Positions 12,501-23,600 of a stretch of 64,000 nucleotides of DNA are shown piece after piece (position 1 is the first letter of the stretch; the number at the start of each line of letters is the position of its first letter). Position numbers and translations under genes: made by a program. The DNA is from Macrostomum hystrix (taxonomy: Eukaryota; Animalia; Platyhelminthes), in NCBI GenBank assembly GCA_950097015.1, contig CATNEN010000005.1, forward strand, positions 2,666,001 to 2,730,000, written 5' to 3'. Under the pieces are notes generated by a model that saw only the letters and a program-made list of their open reading frames with translations, was not told where the DNA came from and ran no database searches.

Positions 12501-15430
12501 GAGTAAATTGTTGGGTTGTTTGACTGAGGCAGAATTGGTGTGATAGAGACTAAGCATTTAACAGCGGGGTGTTACACAGAAGGATGGTGTTACAAAGAAG
12601 GAGGCTGTTACAAAGAAGGAGGGTGTTTCACAGAAAAACGTGTCACACAGAAAGAGGGTGTTACACAGAAGGAGGGTGTTACACAGGAGGGTGTTACGAA
12701 AAAGGAGGGTGTTTCACAGAGAGGGAGGATGTTACACAGAAAATTGTGTTACACAGAAGGAGGGTGTTACACAGAAGGAGGGTGTTACACAGAAGGAGGG
12801 TGTTACACAGAAGGAGGGTGTTACACAGTAGGAGGGTGTTACAGAGAAGGAGGGTGTTACACAGATAGAGGGTGTTACACAGAAGGAGGGTGTTACAAAG
12901 AAGGAGGGTGTTACACAGAAGGAGGGTGTTACACAGAAGGAGGGTGTTACACAGATAGAGGGTGTTACACAGAAGGAGGGTGTTACACAGAAGGAGGGTG
13001 TTACAGAGAAGGAGGGTGTTACACAGAAGGAGGCTGTTACAAAGAAGGAGGGTGTTTCACAGAGAGGGAGGGTGTTACACAGAAAAACGTGTCACACAGA
13101 AAGAGGGTGTTACACAGAAGGAGGGTGTTACACAGAAGGAGGTTGTTACGAAAAAGGAGGGTGTTTCACAGAGAGGGAGGATGTTACACAGAAGGAGGGT
13201 GTTACACAGAAGGAGGGTGTTACACAGAAGGAGGGTGTTACACAGAAGGAGGGTGTTACACAGAAGGAGGGTGTTACACAGAAGGAGGGTGTTACACAGA
13301 AGGAGGGTGTTACACAGAAGGAGGGTGTTACACAGAAGGAGGGTGTTACAGAGAAGGAGGGTGTTACACAGATAGAGGGTGTTACACAGAAGGAGGGTGT
13401 TACGCAGAAGGAGGGTGTTACACAGAAGGAGGTTGTTACACAGAAGGAGGTTGTTACACAGAAGGAGGGTGTTACTCAGAACTAGAAGTCTAAGATAAAA
13501 GAAAGAGTTATTTTTATGTCCTTATTTGAGAATCGCAGGCACACAGGCGCACCCTAATTCTCAGATTTGGCCAGCCAATCAGGCGACTCCGGGCCGGATC
13601 TGCGCAATCCATTGGAGTGCCGATGCCGTGAGAAGCTGCTGCTGGTGAATCGCGGCCGTAGCAGCTTCCTATCCGAGTGCGTCAGCGTCCTGCGCCTGCG
13701 CCACTGCCGGCCTCCTTGGATTGGCGCCTACGAGAGACATCTGGAAGGCTTTCACGGCCCGGACAGACCAGGTGAGACCATCTGTAATGCGAGAGAGGCG
13801 GGCAGGCGGTTCCTGAGTTTGTATTGTATCCGCACTTGCATCCGCCAGCCAATCGGTGCGCTGCTCTGAATAAAATGGTGTCACATGGCTCAGGGTAAAG
13901 GGGTGCATCAAACCCCATTCACCGACCTCACTCCATCTCTAGCCAATCAGCTCGCTGCCCTAAATAAAAGGATGTCAAATGGCTGAGGGTAAAGTAAGAG
14001 TATGTAGCCCCACCCCAACACACATTCACCAACCTCACTCTTTCTCTAGCCTAGCCAATCAGTGCGCTCAGGCAAGAGAGGGGCACCATTTAGACTAAAA
14101 ATTCCCCACACCCACAGGCGACGATCCCAATTCTGACCCCTGCCGCTGGTCCAGTCGCAGCATCTATTCAATGCAGACAGGCGCTGACGTCAGCGAATTC
14201 GGCGACTTCGTCTCTAGTCCAGACGAATGGGAGGTGCCGGTCGGCGGTCACGTTATCGGCATGAGCCTCAGTCCCGATCATCGCTTCCTGTTTGTCAACG
14301 TTCGACCGTTTCGCGATTCCCGAGCCGCTGAAGCTCCGCCGGGTATTGGCATTGTCGATGTGGGCGATGCCGATCCGGAGCCTCTAGAACTGTGCGAAGC
14401 AGCCGAGATTCACGTCTTGGACTTGCTGGCCTGGCGACATTGTCGCGCTGTGTACACCGGACACAAAGGCTTCACGCCTAGCGCTCAGTGCTTCTTCCTG
14501 TTCATGGATGCTGGCTCGCTTCTTGTCTGCAGCGGCAGTGAAGACGGTCAGGTGAGTGCTCAATATCAGGTGCTCGAAAAAATTACTCAAAACTTGTGTC
14601 CCGACAAATTTTAATTTTTTATCATGAATTACATTTTTAAGTTCTACAAAATTTATATCTAGTAGAATTAAATACAGTTTTGAGATAAGGAATTCTTAAA
14701 ATCTCACTCTAATATTCAAATTCAAAAAATACTTTCCTCATATTCGAATCCCTAAAAACCATCTTAATATTCAAATCCCAAAAATCCCAACTTGATATTT
14801 GAATCCACGAAACCCCATCCAGATATTCCTGTCCTAAAAATCCTTTCCTGATATTTGAATCCCTAAAATCCTTTCCTGATATTCGAATCCCTAAAATCCT
14901 TTCCTGATATTCGAATCCTAAAAATCCATCCCGACATTCGAATCCCTAAAATTCCATCCTGATATTCGAATCCTTAAAATCCTATCCCGATATTCGAATC
15001 CCTAAAATCCCATCCTGATATTCGAATCCTTAAAATCCTATCCCGATATTCGAATCCTAAAAACCCCATCCTGATATTCAAGTCCTTAAAATCACTTCCT
15101 GATATTCCGATTCCTAAAAATCCTACCCTGACATTCGAATCCTAAAAATCCCAATCTGATTTTTTAATCCTAAGTCAAGTGCAATTTTATGCAATTCTTG
15201 AAGCTACTTTTCTGTCCACTCGTTAATTTTCGCAGGCCTACGTCTGGGACAGATTGTTCGGCACCAAGCTGTGCACCCTGCGTCACGATTCCGTTGTTAA
15301 TGCTTGCGCTTTGTCAGCCTGCGGACTTGTCATCACTGTGTCTGATGACCAATGCGTCAAGGTCTGGTCAACGCCACGCTCAAGACTAAGGCGGAAGGCG
15401 CAACAGCAGCAGCAACTAGTTTATCAATAG
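9575..15430 (+). CDS. FBXW5: F-box/WD40 repeat protein, FBXW5-like; exons 9575-9880, 10436-10766, 11440-11582, 12237-12363, 13565-13771, 14118-14551, 15236-15430
   Basis: F-box (LPQLAFYKILECL...VCNSWH), WD40 (HKDEVLHV...FATASKDGTVKLW) and FBXW5-typical segments QPYDVFGC, GHVIGMSLSPDHRFLFVN, CFFLFMD and LRHDSVVN...SDDQCVKVW. All six introns are GT-AG with matching phases (0,1,0,1,1,0). Confidence 0.88.
10130..10380. repeat. Degenerate minisatellite, ~32-bp unit GAATCCCAGATTTTCGGTAGGTCATTGTTCAA (FBXW5 intron 1)
   Basis: About 7 diverged tandem copies. Confidence 0.8.
10823..11374 (+). mobile_element. Interspersed ~0.5-kb MITE-like repeat, copy 1 (FBXW5 intron 2)
   Basis: Collinear similarity with 15997-16475, including shared AACAATAGAACTAC, GCAACGCAAGCACACGAAACTC, CACTGCGCCTCAGTGCGGCCTTG and GACACCATCGCCTAGTCTGTCAACCAATCAGTCACCACC. 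Imperfect inverted ends CCCCCCTGACAATTTTTG ... CAAAAAAATTCAGGGGGGG. Confidence 0.7.
11628..12202. repeat. Minisatellite, 28-bp unit ATCAGTATGAGATCATCAGGTATCTATA (FBXW5 intron 3)
   Basis: Near-perfect tandem copies. Confidence 0.95.
12565..13480. repeat. Minisatellite, 18-bp unit ACACAGAAGGAGGGTGTT (FBXW5 intron 4)
   Basis: Tandem periodicity; a variant block CAGAAAAACGTGTCACACAGAAAGAGGG occurs twice (~12630 and ~13080). Confidence 0.95.
14750..15160. repeat. Degenerate ~28-30-bp minisatellite GATATTCGAATCCCTAAAATCC... (FBXW5 intron 6)
   Basis: Diverged tandem copies. Confidence 0.8.
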
Positions 15431-15996
15431 GTGAGTTCCAGACGTTCGGCTGTCTCTCTGACTGTTCTGGTGCTTTTGTTGAATTTTCCTAGCCAAAAAA
15501 TGAATTGTGCGAAATCCATGAAAGCAATTCAACTAAATGTTTTGCATTTATTTTGTTTAGAATGCGTTCTTTGTATTTTAAGTTAATTAGATTTTTTTAA
15601 ACTTTTATTAAAACTTCACTTCAATCAATGCGCAGTTAAAGCTACATCGTTGTAATGTTTATTGTAATCTAAAATAACCTTTTTCTCCCTTTTGTAAAAA
15701 AATTATCGCGCTGATTATTATAAGCGAAAAAATCCGCATCAGACGCTTAATTTTGTAAGTAGCGTTATGTGTACATCATTTTCGTATCATGTTTTATAGA
15801 CATATTTTATGCTATACATATCAATCTCAGTCCATTTTTCTATAGTTATTGTGTTTTGTTCTATTGTTAATGAGTTTGTGATAGACTGTTGGCGAAATCA
15901 TAATAAAACATGTTTTTTATTATATTTATTACAGTCATTTTATTCTCATATGCAGTTGGTTCATTATCAATGCTGTCCTATTATAAAATGAAACCT

Positions 15997-16475
15997 AACA
16001 ATAGAACTACAAAGGCCCCTTCACAATCTTTTTGCTGCACCCGAACGTAGCAACGCAAGCACACGAAACTCTAATACAAGGGCCAACCTTTTGTTGCGCA
16101 TCTTCTGAAACAATAATCAAGTCGCCAGCTCTTCTGACGGTCGAGACACTGCGCCTCAGTGCGGCCTTGCCAGGCCTTCAAAGTTGATCAGCATGTCACC
16201 CGAATGGGCCTGCATCATCCCCGTCTTCGTTGGTCACCTACCTTTATCTAGACGGATTTGCTGGACATTCAAGGGCTACAACAGGTGGAACTAGGCCACT
16301 ATAGGCACCCTGACGCGAATTTCTCCAATTTCAATGATCAAGCCTAAATATTAAGCCTTGATCAGTGAAAGGACAGGACAGGACACCATCGCCTAGTCTG
16401 TCAACCAATCAGTCACCACCCAACGCTGTTAGCATTCATGCTGCCAAAAAATTTTCTGGGGGTAATTTCCTCTCT
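15997..16475 (+). mobile_element. Interspersed MITE-like repeat, copy 2
   Basis: Homologous to 10823-11374 but lacks a ~70-bp internal segment present in copy 1. Confidence 0.7.
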
Positions 16476-16505
16476 TATTATAAAAAAACCGCAAATTTAA
16501 GAAAC

Positions 16506-16746
16506 AAAGCTACGTGTTACATGTACTGGAATCGCAGCAAATAATTAAAGCTACGTGTTATATGTACTGGAATCGCAGCAAATAATTAAAGCTACGTGTT
16601 ATATGTACTGGAATCGCAGCAAATAATTAAAGCTACGTGTTACATGTACTGGAATCGCAGCAAATAATTAAAGCTACGTGTTATATGTACTGGAATCGCA
16701 GCAAATATTTAAAGCTACGTGTTATATGTACTGGAATCGCAGCAAA
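16506..16746. repeat. Tandem repeat, 41-bp unit AAAGCTACGTGTTATATGTACTGGAATCGCAGCAAATAATT, ~6 copies
   Basis: Direct head-to-tail copies with no spacers. Confidence 0.95.
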
Positions 16747-17330
16747 TAAATAACAGTACGATTCAAACTATTGAATTATTAAATTATCAATTATTAATTA
16801 CGTCACTGCACCACTTACCTTGCTACTAACAGTAGCTAAAATCAGCATTAGTGAATAAAACAAAAACAGAAAGCCTAGCTTGTGACATCTGATTGAAATG
16901 TTAGTATAGGACAACCTTCAGTACGACAAATGATAATAAAGAAATTAAACTGGAACGGGAGCTCGGATCCGCTGTGATAAAATAGGATTTTATATATTCT
17001 TTATAGTCTTGATTCATTCCGAATCGTTTATGTAAGAAGTAAAAAGCGATCGATTTGTCAGCTCTACCTTTTGGACAACGCTTCTTCGCCGTCCAAGTTT
17101 CTACACTCGAATGAAATTTCAGAATTTGATTCATTTGTGCCATTTGATTCAGTCAAATCCTTTTGGTTCATGGAGCAGCTTAGGATCTGCTAGACGTTAT
17201 AGTTAGTTAATAGTTACGGTTCTTACACACAGACAGCTGACGGCCAACTTTCGGGGTCTACGATTCTAGATGTACAATGTTCTGGAAAAAATCTGCGATA
17301 AATTTTACGTTTGAAGTACTGATGTTCGAA

Positions 17331-17403
17331 GCCCGGTTAGCTCAGTCGGTAGAGCATGGGACTCTTAATCCCAGGGTCGTGGGTTCGAGCCCCACATCGG
17401 GCG
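17331..17403 (+). tRNA. tRNA-Lys (anticodon CTT)
   Basis: 73-nt GCCCGGTTAGCTCAGTCGGTAGAGCATGGGACTCTTAATCCCAGGGTCGTGGGTTCGAGCCCCACATCGGGCG. The acceptor stem pairs, the A and B boxes are intact, and a TTTT terminator follows at 17409. Confidence 0.97.
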
Positions 17404-18920
17404 AATTCTTTTGCTGCTTATGTTAACGTGAGATAACCTCGCATAAGTATATTGCTAAACTTGTGATAACATGCAACGTAAACTCTTTGCTTAAAAATAT
17501 TTACGATAAAGTTCTCAGCCTTAAATCAGCAGCAAGTCGGCTGTCGACTTCTTTTAGAAGTCTTGTCGGCGTATCGTAGTTTTGATCTGTCTTAATTGCG
17601 CTGGAGTCAGGAGAAGAGAATATTGTGAATGGGTGAATTTTTTTATTTTAAATCAGTTATAAAAAATTTAATATTTTTAAGTAAGCTTAAGTAAGCGTTT
17701 CGAAGAGCAATAGGTTTGAGTATTGGAATGACTTGGAAAGGGTAAGATTCTAAGAACTGTGCCTGTTTTTTCCGATATGTATCGAAAAAGGCTATTTCAT
17801 CCATGTCAAAGCATTTTAATATATAAGCGCATACTATACTTGCTTTTTTTAGCGGGCCGCCTTATAACAGGAAGAGAGATTTTTAGATTTGCAGTTGTTT
17901 TATTTGTAGTTAGACGCAAAGCAAAGTTTAACTCTTTGTTTTTTCAGTACAAATTAGCTTTTTAAATTGCCGTTCTCAGGCTACATGCTTTAAAAAGCGT
18001 GAATAAATAAGTGAATGCTTTAAGTTGCGTTAAATACAAAAGCAGTTGTCATAGCTTAAAATTGCTCTTATTCGTTAGTGATTAGATGTTGAATCAGATT
18101 ATTTGCTTTTGGCTTCGCTTTCTCAGCTGTATAAAAACTATTTATATTCTTCTAATGTTGTACATTAATGACACTGATCTGGTTGCTGGTGCTTGCTCTG
18201 TCTTAGTATCACATTTCCTTGGACTCTACTTCTTTAGTTCTATAAGCCCTAGCTAAATTATACAAAAAATATAAGCCGAAGCAAATATTTTCATGTTTTC
18301 AGTCATTTGTCATTTGATAGATAATAATTGAGTTTGTAAAAAAGTTGTGGGCTTTGCTTTTGCTTTGGTAGGCCTAACAGACATGTGTAATAATATTAGG
18401 CATAGGATAATGTGTTCGTTGCATTATGCCTTTAATTTAGACTTTAATGTATGCTTTGAACTTTAATTTAATTTAATTTTACAAACAACCTTTATTAAGA
18501 CTTTAATTTAACAAACAAAACGACACATATGCCACTAAATGATATTCAGATTTTTTCACAATCTATTATATCATGTAGTCTCTACCACTAAATAGTCAGG
18601 ATTAAAATTTGAAGTATATTGTGGTTGGTAGGAATTTCTAGGTATTATTAATTGAAAATGGAATTGCAATGTCACAATAAGTATTTAATAGTCCCAACTT
18701 AATCAATTCCAGCCATCAGTTTAGTTTAGTTTTTGCTTATAGACAAATGTAAAAATAGGTCTAGGCCTATCTTATTTATTTTTTAATTCTAATTTTCAAA
18801 AAATCAAATTGGCTTAGATGTTCTTTTTGTATTGTTTTATCCTTATCCCTAATTATAGGCCTACCTGATAAAGAATAACATCAACATAAAAAGTAGGCCT
18901 AGTATCCCTTCTCCTCAATA

Positions 18921-19060
18921 GGTTGTAGCCTTGTGGTTAGAGCATTGGACTCAGAACTCAATGGTCAAGGGTTTAATTCCTGACTTTAGGCCTACTAAAA
19001 CAATTTGTGGCCTTTATCAAGACACTTAAGTCTGTAGAGTTTAACTAGCTTTTAAATAGG
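18921..19060 (+). mobile_element. tRNA-derived SINE (family B), decayed
   Basis: TAGCCTTGTGGTTAGAGCATTGGACTCAGAACTCAATGGTCAAGGGTTTAATTCC head, followed by a CORE-like GTGGCCTTTATCAAGACACTTAA motif. Confidence 0.5.
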
Positions 19061-19943
19061 TACTACATTAACTAGGGTAATTTAGGGTCCGCACAGTGTC
19101 CCTTAGTCCATGGACTAAATAGCCATATATGTTGTCTTATAGATGCTCCACACAGTAGCTATGGCTGTGTTGTTGGCTGCACATCTGGCTTAATTGGGCT
19201 AATTACTGTATTATTAGTTCTAGCTAGTGTTGTAGGGCTCTTATATATTTATCTTGCCTTACAGTGGTTAGATTCTTAATAATTTTTTGTCTTATTTATT
19301 CTTATAAATTATTCTTATAAATGAGCTTTTAACTCTTAATGGTAGTATATTGAGTTTGAATTTGGTAGTGTTTTTATATAATGACCGAGTTTTTAGTTAC
19401 TTAGTTATTTCATATAATTCATAAGATTATATATTTATTGTTAAGCTGGTTAGGCTAATCTGGTCTATAATATTCAGTCCACTTTTAAGGTGTTACCAAT
19501 ACCAATGATCTAAGGATTACAGCTTTTGTTCTATATCTTTCTTCATATGAAATGAATAACTTCTAGGAAACTCCTTTTGAATATTTAGTTTTGAACATAC
19601 TTATTTAAACCTTAGGTCTTTTACAATGTTTTCATTGTCGACAATGTTGCTCTTCCTTCAGTTCTTTCCTGTGTATTTATAGGCTAACTGCTACCCTGCT
19701 ATTTTAACAAAGAAATTTTTTCTTTGGTGCATTAAAACAAACATTCGGGTGCATTGAGACAAATATTTATCGGAAACAATAAAATAAATTTAGTTTCTAG
19801 GAAAATGCTTAAATTAAAAAATGCAAGATACAATAGCTAATTTCATACTTATTTTCGCCCTATAACACTAGCTGGTAACAAACATAGGCCTTATATCTAT
19901 ACTGATAACTGAATCTTATTGCCTAAACATGGTACTGCTCATA

Positions 19944-20324
19944 ATAATAATAATAATTATTATTATTATTATTATTGCAGGAGGGCTGTAGGCAATGGCA
20001 CATCATTTAGTGACACTAGACCCATAGCCAGCAAGGAGGCAATTCTGCCAATTTTGCTGACTCCTGAGCACACACACAGATACAGTACACAGGCACATGC
20101 TTACACAGGTCTGTACATCTGCTCTGACTTTCTCATTTGTCAGACAGTGTACACTTCACTGTGCCTTGGAGGTTGGCCCTTAAGGGCGTAAATTACACAA
20201 CAAGCCCCCAAGCTTCCTCTTTGTGGCTGCACCCCAAATAAATGTGGCCTTGCCACAGAATCAAACTCTAAGGGACCATGGTGCAAGAGGCAAATGCATT
20301 AACTGCTCTGCCACTGACCACCCT
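19944..20324 (-). mobile_element. tRNA-derived SINE (family A) with (TTA)n tail and 14-bp TSD
   Basis: Homologous to 28040-28555 and 42041-42360. TSD TGGTACTGCTCATA at 19930-19943; the second copy is split by the LTR element (20325-20331 and 27096-27107). Confidence 0.85.
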
Positions 20325-20331
20325 TGGTACT

Positions 20332-20585
20332 TGTCGGATTCCCGAATCCTCCATATGCTATTACAAAGTACGCAATCTTCATATATTCATATATATTCAT
20401 TTGCATTAGTCTGCCCCAATTCTCGTTCACTACGTTTGAACCATAGACAACCTCCAAGCTTCCACTGTACTCTATAACTCGTATTATCAATAAAGCAAGC
20501 GCGGGGCTTTGCCCCAAAAGAGAAACTTTCTACCTTACCACAGCAGCAGCAGCATATCCGTTTATATTATTGTCACTGCCTGACA
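20332..20585 (+). repeat. 5' LTR (254 bp)
   Basis: TG...CA ends, AATAAA at 20489; matches the 3' LTR. Confidence 0.97.
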
Positions 20586-20588
20586 ATT

Positions 20589-20606
20589 TGGTAGCAGAGC
20601 GTGGTT
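20589..20606 (+). promoter_or_regulatory. Primer-binding site, probably for initiator tRNA-Met
   Basis: TGGTAGCAGAGCGTGGTT begins 3 nt after the 5' LTR and is complementary to the conserved ...CUCUGCUACCA 3' end of animal initiator tRNA. Confidence 0.8.
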
Positions 20607-20644
20607 TACAAGCCTGCCTACGTGCCCGCCTGTGATCCACAAAC

Positions 20645-23600
20645 ATGTCCAGCCTATGCGCATTCGTTAGCACGACCGCCACGTGCTCTGAGACATGCCT
20701 AGCTCAACAGCACAGCAAGGAAAAGCTGCGCTGCCAGTACTGCCATACCGTCATATGTCGCCGTTTCGCTGACTCAGCCTTCTCTCCTAAGGGATCGGCC
20801 AGTAAGGCGGTGTTCGACCTTCTCCTCTCTCGACTCAACGAGGCCTTGGACTCAGCCGGCCCGCAGCCCGTCTACAAATGCCCTCTCTGTCCCTCCTCGG
20901 ACGGCTACTCAGCGCCCTCGCTCTACGAGCAGCTGACAGCCCAGGGACTCATGCAGGTGGACCTTCGCGACAAGCGTCCAACGCACTTCAAACGTAGCGG
21001 CCTCCAGCACGGCATCCGGGCCTCCGGCTCTGAGGAGGGAGTGGAGAGCGCCTCCACACCAGAAGCCCGCGACCCAGGCCACGTGAACAACGACGGCGGC
21101 AGCCAGCGACGCAACAGCGCCAATCCTGCGACTACATCAGCACAGCCAGCCTCCCATTCTGCCTGTGCCACTCCGCGGCCCACTACTACAGATCCCGCAG
21201 CCGCGCCCGCACAGCCTGGCTTCTTCCCACGGTCCAGCCCATCCTACGCACCCGGCGCAGCGCCCGCTGTCTCTCAGGACTGCATGCAGCAGCTCCTCTA
21301 CAGCTTGACACAGATGATGCAACAGAACCAGCAGATCCTGCTGCAGGTCCAGGCCCAAGCATGCCAGCCTTCCAACTCATCCGTTCCAACCCAACCGGCT
21401 CCACGACCCAACTTCTCGGGCGACAGCGTCCTTCGCAACGTCCAGCTCCAAACGTTCGACGGCAGCGACCCCGCCAGCTTCCCAGCCTTCTGGAGCTCCT
21501 TCAACTACCGAGTCGACAGCACCAGTTACTCGGATGTGGACAAGTTCGAGACCCTACGAGGCCTTCTCAAAGATGCTGCGCTCAAGAAGCTCGGTGGCCT
21601 CGACGCCTGCCAGCCCGGCGCGTACAAGGAGGCCCGTCGCATCCTCGAGCTCAACTATGGCGACCTGCAAGAGCAGAAGAGCGTCTGCTACCGTCGTCTC
21701 CTCGCCATGCCGCGTCTGCGTAGCATCGAGTACGAGAGCCTGGAGGACTTCGCCGACGTTCTCCGTCTCACCATCGGACAACTCAGTCGACTAAACGAGC
21801 CGGCAGCCGCCATGGACGCCTACGCTTTCGCCTTGTGGCCCAAGCTACCGAGCGCCATGCAGATGGATATCCAAGAGGCGCGCATCAAGGGTTCCAAGAC
21901 ACCCATGCCCACCATGGCCGAGCTACAGGACCACCTCGACACCAAGCTGCGAGCGCTCCGAGCCTCCATTGCCACTGCCGAGCCTGCAGCGATCCCGTAC
22001 GCCGGTGCTAGTCTCGTCAACGCAGCTTGCCATACCAAAGACATCTTCAAAACTGAGCAACGCAACTCCAGACCTAGCTGGGACCCTCCAGCTCGCGACA
22101 ACAACAGTCGACTAACTCGCCGACGCGACGCCAATTGCGTTTTCTGCGACAGCGACACTCACGCTGCCTCCCACTGTGGTCGCGTGGTCAAGCCAGATGA
22201 GCGACTGGACATCGTCCGACGCAAGAAACTCTGCTTCAACTGCCTGCGAGCGCACGAGGTTCGCAACTGCCCCTCGCGCTTTCGCTGCCAGGAGTGCAAG
22301 GCCAAACACCACACTTCCCTGCACGGTGCCAGCACCCTGGAGACTAAGCCAGCTCACAAGACTGTGTCTACGCGACAGTCCAAAACTAACTCACACCTCA
22401 ACGCCTCCAGCGGCACGACTGCCATAGCCGATTCCGAAAGTGCGCCTGTCAATGCCATCTCCTGCATCTCCTCAACCCAGGACCAACAGTTGAGCTCCAC
22501 CATCATGGCCACCTTCGCCACAGCTGCCGTCAACCCCGTCAACGGTGCCTCTGTCAAGGTGACAGCCCTCATCGACGGCGGCTGCAGCTACACGTACCTC
22601 AACAATGACATTGCTCAACGCCTCGGTCTCAAGTCGCTCGCTAGGCTGAGCCTCGACAGCTCCGCTTGCCACGCCGACACCCGCCGTCGCATCCATGCCG
22701 ACATCGTCCGACTTGAGCTCGCTGCGGCCGACGGCCGCCGCATGCCATTGAAGGTACTCTGCGTGGAGAAGATCGCTCCAGCTATCCACGTACCAGCTAC
22801 GAAACTGCCCAGGGACGTCCAGGCTAGCCTCGCTCACGTTCCGTATGGTATCGCCAACTTACCTCCTGCCAGAGACGAAGAGGTACATCTCGACCTGCTC
22901 ATCGGCAACGACTACGCCCAGCTGCTGATCGGACCCAGCATCGGCGCCATCCCGCTGCGGCCCAGGCTCACGGCCCACCTCACCCCGTTCGGCGCCATAC
23001 TGAGCGGCTCCCTCGGAGACGACGAGCATCACAGCGGCAACAGCCACCCTCGCGTCATCGGCAACACTCTGCTCTGTAATAGCCATCCGACGAACCTGGA
23101 ACAGCTGGTAGACCGGATGACCAGCCTTGAGATCCTTGGCCTGCAGAAGGATGTGGGGCGAGTAAACCTTCAGGATGACGCGCTCACCATCCGCCTTCTC
23201 GAGAGCGTCACTCGCCAGCCAGATGGACGCTTCTCCGTCGCCCTGCCCTTCAAGCCTGAGGCAGAGCAGCTACCCACCAACTTCAGCCAAGCCTTTGGAC
23301 GCGCTCAAGCGACCCACCGCAGACTGACGCTGGCCCAACGCGAGCAATACTACGCAGAGTTCAAGAAGAGAAAAGAGGAAGGTGTTATTGAGATCGTGGA
23401 CGGAGGCAAGCCTGCAGGGTCCATAGTACACGTGCTCCCACACTTTCCAGTCGTCAAGGAGTCGTCCAACACCACCAAGATCCGGCCAGTAGTGGATGCT
23501 TCCGCTCCCACATCACTTGGTGGCCGCTCCCTCAACGACCTGCTGGAAACCGGGCCTAACTTACTCACAAGCCTCCTGCAAGTGCAACTACGTCTCCGCA

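Noticed and set aside
12540-13493. Cys/Gly-rich CYTEGG repeat ORF that looks like a structural protein
   Set aside because: An 18-bp minisatellite inside FBXW5 intron 4, whose flanking splice sites give a frame-consistent FBXW5.
16506-16746. CRISPR-like 41-bp repeats
   Set aside because: Head-to-tail copies with no unique spacers, no cas genes, eukaryotic context.
20299-20517. Duplicated ORF MGQSPALALL... (also 26728-27027)
   Set aside because: Antisense reading of the two LTRs.
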